A stretch of 62,689 bases of DNA, filler included, from Sphacelaria rigidula (GCA_964200075.2; 11 parts of 11 records of this genome joined end to end with filler, not necessarily neighbours in it), one strand, 5' to 3'; numbered from the whole stretch's first letter, positions 23,080 to 34,771 are shown. Notes: generated from the letters alone by a model not told the origin. Made by a program: numbers and translations.

Positions 23080-25987
23080 TTTCAAGTGCAGGTCGAGTAG
23101 TGTGTACTCGATACTCAATACTCGGTATTTTGCGAAGTCATACTTCTAGTATCCAAAAATTGAGGAGAGTATTTGACATTGTACTCAATCTATCCAATAC
23201 TTGAGTGAAGAAGTATTTGAGGTCATACTCATTCTACTCAAACTTTGAGTAAGAGTATCGAGGCCATACCCGAGTGATACTCTATACTCAAGTATTACTG
23301 CGAGTACTCCTCCAATATTTGAGTAGAGTATTTGAGATCGTACTCAATCTACTGAGAATTTGAGTAGAGTATTTCAGGCGGTCATACCCAATCTACTAAA
23401 AAATGGAGTAAAGGATTTGAGGTCGTACTCAATCTACCCAAGCAATTTGAGCAGAGTACTATTGAGGTCATACCGAAGTGATACTCTATACTCAAGTTTT
23501 ACTGAGAGTCCTTACCCAATATTTGAGTAGAGTATTTAACAGCGGATCGTGAAAAGTGGGGTCGATCTAAAAACTGAGGTTCAAGTGGCATATCTTCTTT
23601 GCAGGGATGACGCGAAACAGTAACACAGAGCGAAACCACATTCCCCCCCCAAACTCTGCAACTGTGAATCATCAGTTGTGGCTGAATGCACCGAACGACT
23701 GCTGTGTATACGCGTGTCGATGACGATATTACCGGAGAGAGAAGCAACGACAGAGAGGAAGCTCCCCGCCCGTGTCCTTTGTGTGCCCTCGCTGGGCGGT
23801 TACTCATCGCTCGAGAGAATGGCATCATGCACGTTACCAGCACGCACCGAATTTCTCATGCGCCGGTAGGTATCCTCAAAGAACATCGAGCTGCGGAGAG
23901 ATTTCGTCTCTTCTTGTCTCTGGAGGTCACCAATGCGAAGATCGATTTCTCTCTGCTTCTCTTTCTCAGGGAACAAGAGTCATTTCAATCATGTGGACTT
24001 ACCTTGAAAAACCGAACTGTTTTGTTTCCATAGGTGTTCCGAATTCGGGTTCATAGCAACATGTTGTTACCGTGTGTTACCCGCTCTCGGTAGACGTTTT
24101 GCAGACCGGAGTCAGTAGAGTAGAGCAACGAAAGCCCCAGATTGCAGCTGACGCACCCCTATGCACGACGCTAGCAACAGTTAGGTCACCACCACACTTA
24201 TCTTTTTTCACTCCGCATGTCAAGAAGGTCTCCACAAGCGTTTGATCTCTCTCTCTCTCACACACCCCAACTGGCCTGTGGCAGGCTCTTGTGGTCAGGC
24301 GTCATGATGGTCAGATATGTCAGGGTAAAATCAACGATGAATAACACCCCCCAAGTTCCAATTGGATCATCTTATCTGTTATTTTTGCCGCAACGCACCG
24401 TCCTTGCTGGCATATGTGTGACAGAGATCAGTAGCAGCGGCGACGGGAAGATTGCGCTGTTTTTCAGCGCACAGAGGCGCGTCCTGTCCAAACAGAGAGG
24501 CAGAGAGAAATCGATCTTCGCATTGGTGACCTCCAGAGACAAGAAGAGATGAAATCTCTCCGCAGCTCGATGTTCTTTGAGGATACCTACCGGCGCATGA
24601 GAAATTCGGTACGTGCTGGTAACGTGCATGATGCCAGTCTCTCGAGCAATTGTTAATCGCCCAGCGAGGGCACACCAAGGACACGGGCGGGGAGCTTCCT
24701 CTCTGTCGTTGCTTCTCTCTCTGGTAATATCGTCATCGACACGCGTATACACAGCAGTCGTTCGGTGCATTCAGCCACAACTGATGATTCACAGTTGCAG
24801 AGTTTGGGGGGGAAATGTGGTTTCGCTCTGTGTTACTGTTTCGCGTCATCCCTGCAAAGAAGATATGCCACTTGAACCTCAGTTTTTAGATCGACCCCAC
24901 TTTTCAGGATCCGCTGTTATTTGAGGCCGTATTCAATCTACTTCAAATTTGAGTAGAGTACTGAGGCCGTAGCCGTACCCAGTCTACCCAGAATTTGAGT
25001 AGAGCATATAGTTGGGCATTTTACCCCAGTATTCACAAGTATATACTGTACCCGACTTGCGCTTGCACTGTTTTCACGGCTGGGTCACCCATGGAGGAGT
25101 TACTATGCGGCCCGTAGAGTCGCTCATTTTGAGAATATCTACCCGACTTCCCGTTTTTTACTCGATTACCCAATGATGGTGAGTAGCGCTATATACTGAA
25201 ACGGATATCGAAGAGGCTGCAAAGTATAAAGTATGTACCGCCATAGGCACGATAAGTGTATATCTTAGGCGAATAGTTGAGCGCCCAGCTGATCAACTGT
25301 GCCGCTTCGTAAACAGGTGCATAACGGTCGCTTTTGGATCTTGTATGACGTGGAATCATAAGAGTTGAACGATAGATATGTGCGCATTGGGAGCTCGAAG
25401 TAGCGTAGCTTACAAATTTTTTGAATTATGATTTTGAGTGAAGACATGTCTTTGGGGTCGGATGGCGACTTTCTTCACGAGCCCCCAAGTTCCACTCTCT
25501 CATCGTCGCCTTGGATTTCACCAGTACAGTAGAGGTTAATCAGATACTTCTTGGGCGAATGGACCCTCAGCAACAAGACTACTAAGTAGTTCCTGAGTGT
25601 ACTTTATTCCTTCGATTGACTCTGCTTCTACACTTTTATGAGCATTGGTATATGACACCCGGCCAGTAAACACAACCCACAAGCGTACAGCAAGGGGAGG
25701 CTTGATGCTGGGAAGATATCACTCGTCTGCCTTTGAGCAGCTAGGGTGGCAACCTTTCCCCCTTGACAACTGCGAGTACTTACCCAGATTTTAAGGAGAT
25801 TATTTGAGGTCGAACTCAACCTACCCAAATTTTGAGTAGAGTGTTTCAGGCCGTACCCAATCTACTCGAATTTGAGTAGAGTATTTGAGGCCGTACCCAA
25901 TCTACTCAAAAATTAAGTAAGGTAAACAGTGGGTCATTTCACCTCAAGTATTTTTAGTTACGTACTCTACTCGACCTGCCCTTGAAA
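23080..25987. mobile_element. TIR element with internal ~40-bp quasi-palindromic tandem repeats
   Basis: 21-bp TIRs TTTCAAG(T/G)GCAGGTCGAGTAG (23080-23100, 25967-25987). Arrays of GAGTAGAGTATTTGAGGCCGTACCCAATCTACTCAAATTT-like units at about 23160-23537, 24919-25005 and 25790-25920. No convincing TSD. Confidence 0.65.
23538..24918. mobile_element. Non-autonomous DNA transposon with ~425-bp TIRs and a 4-bp ATTT TSD
   Basis: Arms 23538-23962 and 24494-24918 are highly similar. ATTT is duplicated at 23534-23537 and 24919-24922, and removing the element restores an intact satellite unit. Confidence 0.9.
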
Positions 25988-26857
25988 GCATTATGGCACG
26001 GCCGTGTGGACATGCATGTGCAATCAATGTATGGGATTGGTATACAGCGAGGCTGTTGAAGAATTCTCCGCCGAAATGATATATATATATTTATATACAA
26101 GATTCCCCTGCGGGAGGTTGGTACGGGCCTCCCGAGGGTGACGCAAGTCGAAAGTATAAAATATAGTTCGTATGCCTTCTCAGTGCGCTGCAAAAGAAAG
26201 CGTGGGAAAAAATGCCTTCTTGGCAGAGAAAGCTCGGCAAAAGTGGTGAAAAATGCGAAATGATACATGTACATAATATACATGGGTTGAATAAACAGAG
26301 AATAAGCGCGCGAGTCATCGCTTTGTCCGCGACGATCGAGCAGGTATTTATTGCCTTCCGCGAAAAGTAAAGAAATGTGGACAAATAAACACAACTGATG
26401 AGGGAGCCTCCAATTACATAGAATAATATTTTCGTGAGATTGAGAGTAGAGGATACGATTGGGAGTGAGAAGCGGTCAATGAATAAATAAATTGGTTCAG
26501 TTCCGAAATACCCCTCCGCGAGGCCCGATGTGCTTTCTGTAGTAGCATGCCACTGACGCCCTTGATACTCCTGAGTAGGATGTCGATGTGTAACTGTAAG
26601 CACAAGCTAGTGATAGAGGCAAACAAAAGCACGCACGGAATAAAAAAACGGGCAAATTAGATCGAATGACCAAAGCCACTCTCAATCAGCGCTCTACTCT
26701 CAATCTCACGTTGTTACAGGTCACGTACGACTTTGAATGCACACCTTTGGCCACAATTTACCCATCACATCATATATACCCGCGTTTTTCCAATGTGATG
26801 ATTGGTACTCGATTTCACTTCATCTCAGACTGAAGAACGTTATGAGAACATCCATGA

Positions 26858-27000
26858 TTTGGGGCAGGTGAGCAGTGATGAGCAGTACACCCAGGTCGTC
26901 CAGAACGTGTTTTGGTCCAAAATCGCCTCGGAGGCGTCGATTTGAGCTCTCGAAAGGCGTCGATTTCAGCTCTGGCAACGCACGCTTTAGATAGGGCCTT
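26858..27000. repeat. Dispersed repeat shared with 52592-52696
   Basis: TTTGGGGCAGGTGAGCAGTG...GTCCAGAACGTGTTTTG...GGCGTCGATTTGAG occurs in two separate contigs. Confidence 0.7.
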
Positions 27001-27854
27001 CATTATCGTCAAATGGAAAAAATGGGAGAAGGTCTGAATTTCCAGCAATAGTCTCGGGCTCGTTTTTATCTAAATTTACTGTTGCTCTTAGATATCTCAT
27101 TACAGATGGTGCTGATCTCGTCGTCTGCTTGCCTTCGCCGGCAAAATAAAGGACAAGGTTATGCTACCGGCCGTGTATGGCGTTCATAACTGTGGCGAAG
27201 ATACTTCTCACAACCTCTCTGCGACTCGGGGGCGCAGTCGGACAGGCCAGGGCGTGATCGACTGACTCTTTCGGGCTGCTGCAGGAGTACACATGAGTAA
27301 AAATACCGACTGTAGAAAGGCCCGTGCATAGATTGCAGCATGCTTGCTCTCTGTGAGTTGTTTGCGCAGATACACCAAATAAGACCACCAGCTGAACACT
27401 TTTCAGACGGTGCAGTAGCGTACACTCGAAGCAGCACTGCAGGCAAGTAGGTAGTTACTGGATTGTTTCTGCTTTTCACTTAGAAAGTGCGAATGTCTGC
27501 AAACGACGACCACCGTGCTTGACCCCAACAGCCCCAACACCGCTGCCGGGGCACACACGGTCTAAGAAAATAGACACCGCCAACCCGCTGTGCTTTTTTC
27601 TCTACGGCATAGCCCAGGGTGTCACTAGCAGCTTCGTGATGATTCTCGCATGCTTGCGAGCGCCACGGCGTCCGCCAAGGGCAGCTCTGCGAAGTATTGC
27701 GCTGCGGTTCGAAGTATTTGGCGTTCGCCAAACGTGAAGGCTTGGCGGAAACATCTAGCAGCTTCATTTCTGGAGAAGGCCAAGCGCCAGGTGCGAAAAC
27801 GCCTAAAATCTTGGCGATCTCCTGAAAAGCTGTGTCGATCATAACGGCCCTTAA

Positions 27855-27952
27855 CCCTTAGACCGCGAGGTTAGTCTTCTGTTGAATCGGCATCAATTTC
27901 AAGTGGAAAAAAGTATGCATGATCCAGAAAGACTAATCTCGCGGTCTAAGGG
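27855..27952. mobile_element. 98-bp piggyBac-type MITE
   Basis: TIRs CCCTTAGACCGCGAGGTTAGTCTT / AAGACTAATCTCGCGGTCTAAGGG flanked by TTAA and TTGA. Same CCCTTAGAC terminus as 6145-7528. Confidence 0.8.
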
Positions 27953-28622
27953 TTGAGAAACACTCTGCACCCCCCTTGCCCGAGAGTTGTCGGTATGCCT
28001 TCGTCGATGTTAGGGTTATCGCTAGGGTTCGTGGCATCGTCATAGTACCAACCATTGCTTACGTATATTTCCCCTCTGTGAAGTACTTGTGTAGGGATGC
28101 ATCCTTGTCACAAGGGCATATCTGTCATTCCTGCCCCAAGGGTATCCCTGTGCCTGTCATCGCTGCCACAAGGACAAACCTGTCAACCCTGTCACGAGGG
28201 TATCCCTGCGCCTATGCTTCACAGGTGCATCCTACGGGTTGCATGATCACAGGGATTTCGGCACCCCCATTTTCTGGTCAATACAGGTGGTCCACAGTGC
28301 GGACGTTTGCCCACGCGTGTGCCTTGTTCAGCTTGTCAAAAGCTTACCGCACGGTCTGGTGTTTGCTGCTGACTAAGGCCAAGGCAACGTTCAAATGTTT
28401 TCAACTGCATTGCTCTCATGATCTCGTGACATTGGCGGCATNNNNNNNNNNNNNNNNNNNNNNNNNNNNNNNNNNNNNNNNNNNNTTAATTAATTAANNN
28501 NNNNNNNNNNNNNNNNNNNNNNNNNNNNNNNNNNNNNNNNNCCCTCCCCCCCCCCCCCCCCCCCGCCTGCTTTTTTTTCTTCTTTCCTTTTCCCCCCCCC
28601 CCCCCCCCCCCCTCCGGTCACG

Positions 28623-28672
28623 TGGTCAATGGTCAAATGACTAAGGCAAGCAACAAATGAGTACGCCCCCCC
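28623..28672 (+). mobile_element. Minimal 3'-end insertion of the poly(C) LINE with a perfect 17-bp TSD
   Basis: CCCCCCCTCCGGTCACG at 28606-28622 and 28666-28682 flanks TGGTCAATGGTCAAATGACTAAGGCAAGCAACAAATGAGTACG. Confidence 0.92.
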
Positions 28673-28682
28673 TCCGGTCACG

Positions 28683-28970
28683 CGTTTAATCTCTCCCCTT
28701 TCTCGGGACGCCCGTGGTCTCTAGGGTTAATCCCTCTTTACCCCCAGTACACGCCTTGAACTTTGGTCTCGCGGAGTGTATTCGCACCGCCGGACCGCGT
28801 CGAAGCTGGTCAGACAAACTCGGTCAAACGAACTGTTTTGGGAATAGACAAATAAAGGTATATCATGTGCTCTCTAATATGAGAGAGATATATTGATCCC
28901 TTGAGACTTCAGACTCATCCCGAGGAAGGGGAGTGATTCAAAGTGCGACAAATAAAAAAAATGAAAAAAA
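28683..28970. mobile_element. Two partial family A SINE copies in opposite orientations
   Basis: 28690-28830 resembles 9870-10000. 28893-28970 is the 3' end GATCCCTTGAGAC...CTCATCCCGAGGAAGGGG...AAAAAAAA. Confidence 0.6.
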
Positions 28971-28976
28971 TCTCAG

Positions 28977-30467
28977 GAACAATAGAAGGTAGCGCACTTT
29001 TCGGTTCGGGGTGCGCGGCGCTGCGCGCAGGCTGGGCACCTTGAAAACGCGTTCCAAAGCTTCAGCCCCACGCCCAATGTGCTTTGGCAGCATGCCCAAC
29101 TTCGTTTGTTTTATTCACGGTAACAGGCTTGCACAGGGCGCGGAAAAGGAGACCTTGTTCGAGCACCCTATGTTGTCAACATATCAGCCAGGTATACCCG
29201 ACTCTCAGCGAAAAGTTTCATCTGCCCCTTTTTTGTTCACGTGCGTACCCTTTCATGTTTTTTTTACATACATCTGCAAGCCTGTGTTTGTTCAACGGAC
29301 CCTGCCGGGGAGTCTGGTGTGGACACCCAAATATACTCTTTTTCGCCAGTTCACACCCTTCCGCAACGACCGAAAGACCGAGGAGCCCAACCACCCAGAA
29401 TTCATGGCCTACTGCTGGTTGTCCCGCAGTCCCGAGAGATCCCGCCATGTGTGCAGGGCGCGAGGCTTATCTGCGGAAGTTCGCAAAATTCCGAAGAAGT
29501 GTGAAAAGTACTACCTTCACCCGCGCGTCATGTGGAGAATCAGAGCGTAGCGGGATCTGACATTTGTGGATCGGGACAAATCAATATCAAATGCAGCTGT
29601 CAGATCGGATCGCAGTGAAGTACGAACGGTATTACCCACAATCGGATGTACTGCAGAGCAAATGCTTTACAGAATTTCACCGTTTAGAGAGTAGCAACGC
29701 ACCAAGTGCCACAACGCATTGGGACCATGTCGGTGCCCCTCACTAGCGATGCTATGCAGCAGCGGGGCAGCGCCGCTGCCCTTTACCTGCGCGAATTATG
29801 CACCCCAGTCAACTCCCCCCAACAAAAAGAGGTGAATGGGTGGCCGCTGGTACACGTCATCCGCATTTTAGAGCATATTTACATTACGAACTGGATGGGT
29901 TCAAAGACGTGCGTACAGAATGAACCCGGGTGGTGAAGGTAGTACTTTTCACATTTCTTCGGAATTTTGCGATTTTCCGCAGTTGGGCGTTCGCGCCTTG
30001 CACACATGGTGGGATCTCTTGAGACTGCGGTACAACCAGCAGCAGGCCATGATTTCTGGGTAGCTGAGTTTTTCGGTCTTTTCGGTAGGGTGTGAACTGG
30101 CGAAAAAGAGTATATTTGGGTGTCCACTCCAGACTCCCCAGCAGGGTCCATTGAACAAACACAGGCTTGCGAATGTATGTAAAAAAACATGAAAGGGTGC
30201 GCACTTTAACCAAAGGGGGCAGAAAAAACCTTTTGGCTCAGAGTCGGGTATACCTGGCTGATATGTCGACAACATAGGGTGCTCGAACAAGGTCTCCTTT
30301 TCCGCGCCCTAGACAGGCCTATTGCCGTGTGTCAAAAAAATAGAAGCTGGGCATGCTGCCAAAGCACATTGGGCGTGGGGGTGAGGTGCTGGAACGCGTT
30401 TTGGAAGTACCCAGCCTGCGCGCAGCGCCGCACCCCGAACCGAAAAGTGCGCTACCTTCTATTGTTC
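28977..30467. mobile_element. Non-autonomous DNA transposon / foldback with ~545-bp TIRs
   Basis: Inverted arms 28977-29525 and 29925-30467 start GAACAATAGAAGGTAGCGCACTTTTCGG and enclose a ~400-bp spacer. The mirrored ORFs in the track come from the arms. Confidence 0.85.
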
Positions 30468-30489
30468 TCAAGAGCACAGGGTATACCCT

Positions 30490-30660
30490 TTTTCTTCCCT
30501 CTGTTCCCCATCTACTTTTGTTCGTAACGTCTTCATGCTTTCAACAACGACGCAAATCGGATTCTTTGAAGAAAAACAAAACCAAACGCATCGGGCGGGA
30601 CGAACCCACGTTCTTTCCACCCTGATGGTGTCAGTTGTACCCATTCGACCACCCTGGACA
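30490..30660 (-). mobile_element. Family A SINE, 5' tRNA-like head
   Basis: Reverse complement GTCCAGGGTGGTCGAATGG...GGGTTCGTCCC, similar to 37690-37778. Confidence 0.6.
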
Positions 30661-31135
30661 AGACCGACACAGGACACTTACCGGGCAAGCACAGAGGCAG
30701 TTGCGGGACACCCACGACATGCGCGAAAACGCAGCGAAAGAAGACAAGGCCACGGGCCTCCTACCAGCACAAGAAAAAGAACATGTGCTGCGGCAATTAT
30801 CCGTGTCCGTTTTGTTGCGCATGTAGTGTCCTCAACACTATCAACAAGACACTTCTCGTCTTGTTTAGCTTGGCATGGCTTGTCGATGTTCCCGGTACTA
30901 CACCCGACCCGAGAGGAGAAGCACACACACACATACACACACATTAGCTCTCATCATTTCACCGTGATCTTTCTTGAATCCACCCACCTGCCCTGTGTGG
31001 GGGTCGCGGAACACGGGATTAGAGCAGCTCGGCAGCGTGCACTGCGAATAGCCTCGCATGTCTCTGCGCGGCCACTGTCCTCTCGCCATCGCCATTTGTG
31101 CTTGTATAAGGGACGCACGAACAGTAGCAAACGGG

Positions 31136-31166
<31 letters not shown>

Positions 31167-31300
31167 GCGGAGAGGGATCATCACGCTTTCGCTTGCTGGG
31201 GGCGACGTGGCATGAAATTGCATATGGTTTGAAAGGCAGTTGAGCAAGAGCGAGAGAATTTCAGGAAGGCAAGAAGGAGCGAAAAAAACTCCGGCGAGTG

Positions 31301-31346
<46 letters not shown>

Positions 31347-32343
31347 TACGTACATGGTGTAAGCTGATCGAACGATTGTCGTGACGTGTGCTTGATTTCG
31401 TTTTTTCCGAATGGGGAGGTGGGGGGAGGGGGAGAGAAGGCGGGAAGAATATTAGCTTACTGCAGGACAGCATGGAGCTCCACAAAAAAATCGTTCGGCA
31501 ATACTCGAGTGAAACAGTGGTTGTGAAAAATGTTTGCTTCCTACACGAGAATATGTTGAAAAAAATAGCACTTTGATTATACGGAACCCTGACCAGCGTC
31601 ACCTGTGTCCGTGTTGCTTTCTACTGTTACGGTAGTGCTACTCCACACAGCCACCTACCCACTTTTTGCACCTTGATTCCACCCTTTTTTGAGCGACGGA
31701 GCGGCGGGTGGGAAAGTCGATCGATCTTCTGCGAAGCGCACTAGTTCATACCTACTCATACCTACTTGTGCTGTGTAAACCAGTAGGTCGCTACTACTTA
31801 ATGGCTACCGGTTGCTGGTCACACTATCTGTACTCGGGTGTCTGGCAGCTGCAGCAAGCTAGCTGCGATGGCCAACTTTTCTACTGGCGGCGGTACTGAA
31901 GCTGAGAAACGGAGCAGACGACGTACAGCATAAAATATCACATATATTTTCTCTGCACGTACGTCCCACATGGTCAGAGTTCATACACGCCTCCGCAAAC
32001 ACCGCTTTCACACTAAACGCTACATTTTGCTTCGGCTCAAGAATTCTGGTAGTGTGTGTTGTCCCGTTTTTTACGTACAGCAGCGTCCCACTAGAATCAC
32101 CACAAATTGAAGCATCCGCGACCAAACAAATCGAACTCAATGCGGTGTGCACTCGGTGCCTTTGTCCCCATCAACTCATCAACAACTCCGTACCATCAAT
32201 CAGGGTAACCCGAAAATCAACGCTGACGATTATGTTATTGCTATCTCCTGCGGAGCTATTCACCTCTCCCCCATTAGGCAAGCCTGATTGACCGTCGTGT
32301 ATCTTGTTAACTCCTGTCCTTGAATATCTGGCTACCCTACTCC

Positions 32344-32985
32344 CTATTCCCCTAGCGCGATGGAGACGCCCTCTGCACCCTCCTCCGCCTCGCTGACATT
32401 TACCATAAACGCCCTCGATTTCCACCGCCCTGCTCGTTGGATCTGTAGTTCGGGCATTCCTCCAACCGCTAGTTGTGTGGCCCCATCTATCCTTCTTGAG
32501 TGAAAAGCGTATTGAGACGGATCTCTACTCGCACGATCGACCATGGTTCGTAACGCCGTTACTGCTTCAATCCGAGTAAATGTCTTCCATTCCGTCGGCG
32601 TGGCTCTCGTGGTCAGAGGTTCGTGGCCTGGCAGTTGTGGGTGCACGTCCAACAAATCCAACAGCGCTTCGAACGCGTCCGCCGGTACTCCGCCCGATCG
32701 AACCGAGTCAACCATCCGTGTTCTCGTAATGATGAAACCTGTCCTTTGTTGGTCGGATTTGCAGGCAACGAAACGGACCTTCACTTGGTTCACCAACGCG
32801 CGGTTCGCGAAATCTAACTGCACCTCTCCCCGGCAAAAAAACTGATGCACTTGCGGGTTAAGCAGAATTCTGAGTGGACGGTACCGTCGGGGTACGCCCA
32901 CAACTCGGATGCCCTGCACAGCAAAAAAGACGAGAGCGCGAGACTAAGCCAAAGAACGTGGCCACCGCCTGGGTCCTCGGTTTTT
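32344..32985 (-). pseudogene. Tyrosine recombinase of a DIRS/Ngaro-type retrotransposon, inactivated
   Basis: LLCRASEL (first catalytic R), KSDQ, HSRRIDGAT (HSxR) and GRWKSRAFMVNV, where the expected catalytic Y reads N. Frameshift at the A-run near 32835-32841. Confidence 0.88.
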
Positions 32986-33059
32986 GTCCGTCGCTCTTGT
33001 TTTACAGGCTGGTTCACGGAAAAGAAAAAAAAACTACTCATCGGCAAAACTTCACGCCG

Positions 33060-34149
33060 TTTCAAGGAGTTATATCCTGAAATTTTGCAAAGGTGTTCTA
33101 TTGGTCATTACCCAACTTTGTGAGGACGAACTTTTTTTTTCTTTCTGACTGTTTTCACTGTTTTTCCGGGGTCCCAGTTTTTTCGGGAAAACTTCGATCC
33201 GGTTCAACCCCCGTAGAACGGTAAAAACTAAAAAACTAAAAAACCCCGTCCATACAAAGTTGCGTAATGATCCATAGCACACCTGTGCAAAATTTCAGTG
33301 TCTAACTCCTTAAAACGGCGGGAAGTTTTTCGCGCTTATGCGATGAACCTTGCCGTGCCACGGTGAAGCGGGAAACTACTAGATTATGGTATGAATATGG
33401 TGTTTTGGGGCCTTTTTCGATGTGAACATGAAAATTCAAGCACCAGTTAATAATAGAGTTTGGCCACGAAACTTTGTAGGTTTTTTCCTTGAGTTTTGCG
33501 GCGGCAGAGCGTTCGCGAAAAACTGAAGAAAAAAAAAACTGTAGTGCCGGTTTTCCGGGGTCCCAGAATGTATGACTTCGAAAAACGACTTGGATCCCGT
33601 CGGACCCCCGAAAAACGGTAAAACATTCAATAATTAGAAAAACCTCGCTGATCGAAACTTGCGCAATGATTTATAGCACATTTGTGCAAAGTTTCAGGGT
33701 CTAAATCCTACTAAATGCGTGAAGATTTGCGCGTTTGTGCGAGGATGTGAGCTTAAAACTTGCAAACCCCTAACTACTTGGTTTGAGTATGAAAACATCT
33801 TTTAGGGTGAATTTCACGTCAAGGCAGGAAACGTTTATGAGATTTTCGAGTTTCTCCACCAAACTTTGTACACGTGTTCCTTGGACCATCCTGGGACGCA
33901 TCATGTTATTATTTTTTTCTTTTGAGTCATTCTGTACCGCCATTCGGGGGTCTTTGTACTGCGACCCCCGGAAGGCGGTAGAGAACGGGAAAAAATTGAA
34001 CCCTTGCCAAGAACACAATTTTTCCATTTGGAGCATCAATACCTACGGAACTGCCAAGTTTGAGGGTGATCTGAGCTTTTCTACAACATATATAAAGGAA
34101 ACCGTCACGAGGCTCCCTGAGTCTTTCCTGCGCATCACGTGTGGAAATT
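33060..34149. repeat. Degenerate ~360-400-bp tandem subrepeats, probably a DNA transposon or Helitron remnant
   Basis: CCCCG...ACGGTAAAA...GCACA..TGTGCAAA.TTTCAG.GTCTAA recurs near 33210, 33607 and, more diverged, 33966. Confidence 0.5.
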
Positions 34150-34249
34150 NNNNNNNNNNNNNNNNNNNNNNNNNNNNNNNNNNNNNNNNNNNNTTAATTA
34201 ATTAANNNNNNNNNNNNNNNNNNNNNNNNNNNNNNNNNNNNNNNNNNNN

Positions 34250-34324
34250 CCGTCCCGGCATTGTAGGGATGCGAGGTCAATGGTCATATGACCATGGCAT
34301 GCATGGTCATGAGTACACCCCCCC
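34250..34324 (+). mobile_element. Poly(C) LINE 3' end, subfamily 2
   Basis: GGGATGCGAGGTCAATGGTCATATGACCATGGCATGCATGGTCATGAGTACA(C)7. The same variant occurs at 51174-51273, 57088-57248 and 58620-58661. Confidence 0.8.
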
Positions 34325-34532
34325 ATACACACACCCCTATACACACACACGCATGTACGCACACGAAGAACAAGGGATATGCAGGTGTGAGGGTCCCGAA
34401 GGATAACAGGGTCCAAATCTACCCGCTAGTTGGGGACAGGTTTGATTATCTCGCAATATAGTATGGGTTTACGGTGACGGAACCCGTCGTGCGACTACAC
34501 ATGAATTTGGCATATCCTCCTCCCGCGACAAC

Positions 34533-34603
34533 CGCTCCGTCTCTAAAGGGATGCGTGGTCGATGGTCAAATGACTGAGTCAAGCAACAAGGGAGTACGCC
34601 CCC
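34533..34603 (+). mobile_element. Poly(C) LINE 3' end with TSD
   Basis: TSD CCCGCGACAAC (34522-34532) / CCCACGACAAC (34601-34611). Confidence 0.85.
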
Positions 34604-34771
34604 ACGACAACAGCTTGCGAGTTGGCAGTTTCACTATTCACGGTAAATGGTTTGATATTCGCTCTCCCGCCGAAAAATGTTGCACCGTTTCATGTTCGCT
34701 GCAGCAGGGGTCAAAGTACACCCCCCCTCCCCAGCCTCACCCCACCAATACTAAGGTGTAGATTGTCGCAT

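Noticed and set aside
23686..24924. Paired ORFs on opposite strands as duplicated genes (also 14900-15202 and 29011-30290)
   Set aside because: They are mirror products of inverted repeats and show no protein-like features.
23160..25920. CRISPR-like palindromic ~40-bp repeats
   Set aside because: Degenerate tandem satellite without spacers, inside a TIR element.
32344..32985. Prophage or bacterial integrase contamination
   Set aside because: Frameshifted, embedded among eukaryotic SINEs and microsatellites, and its motif style fits DIRS-order YR.
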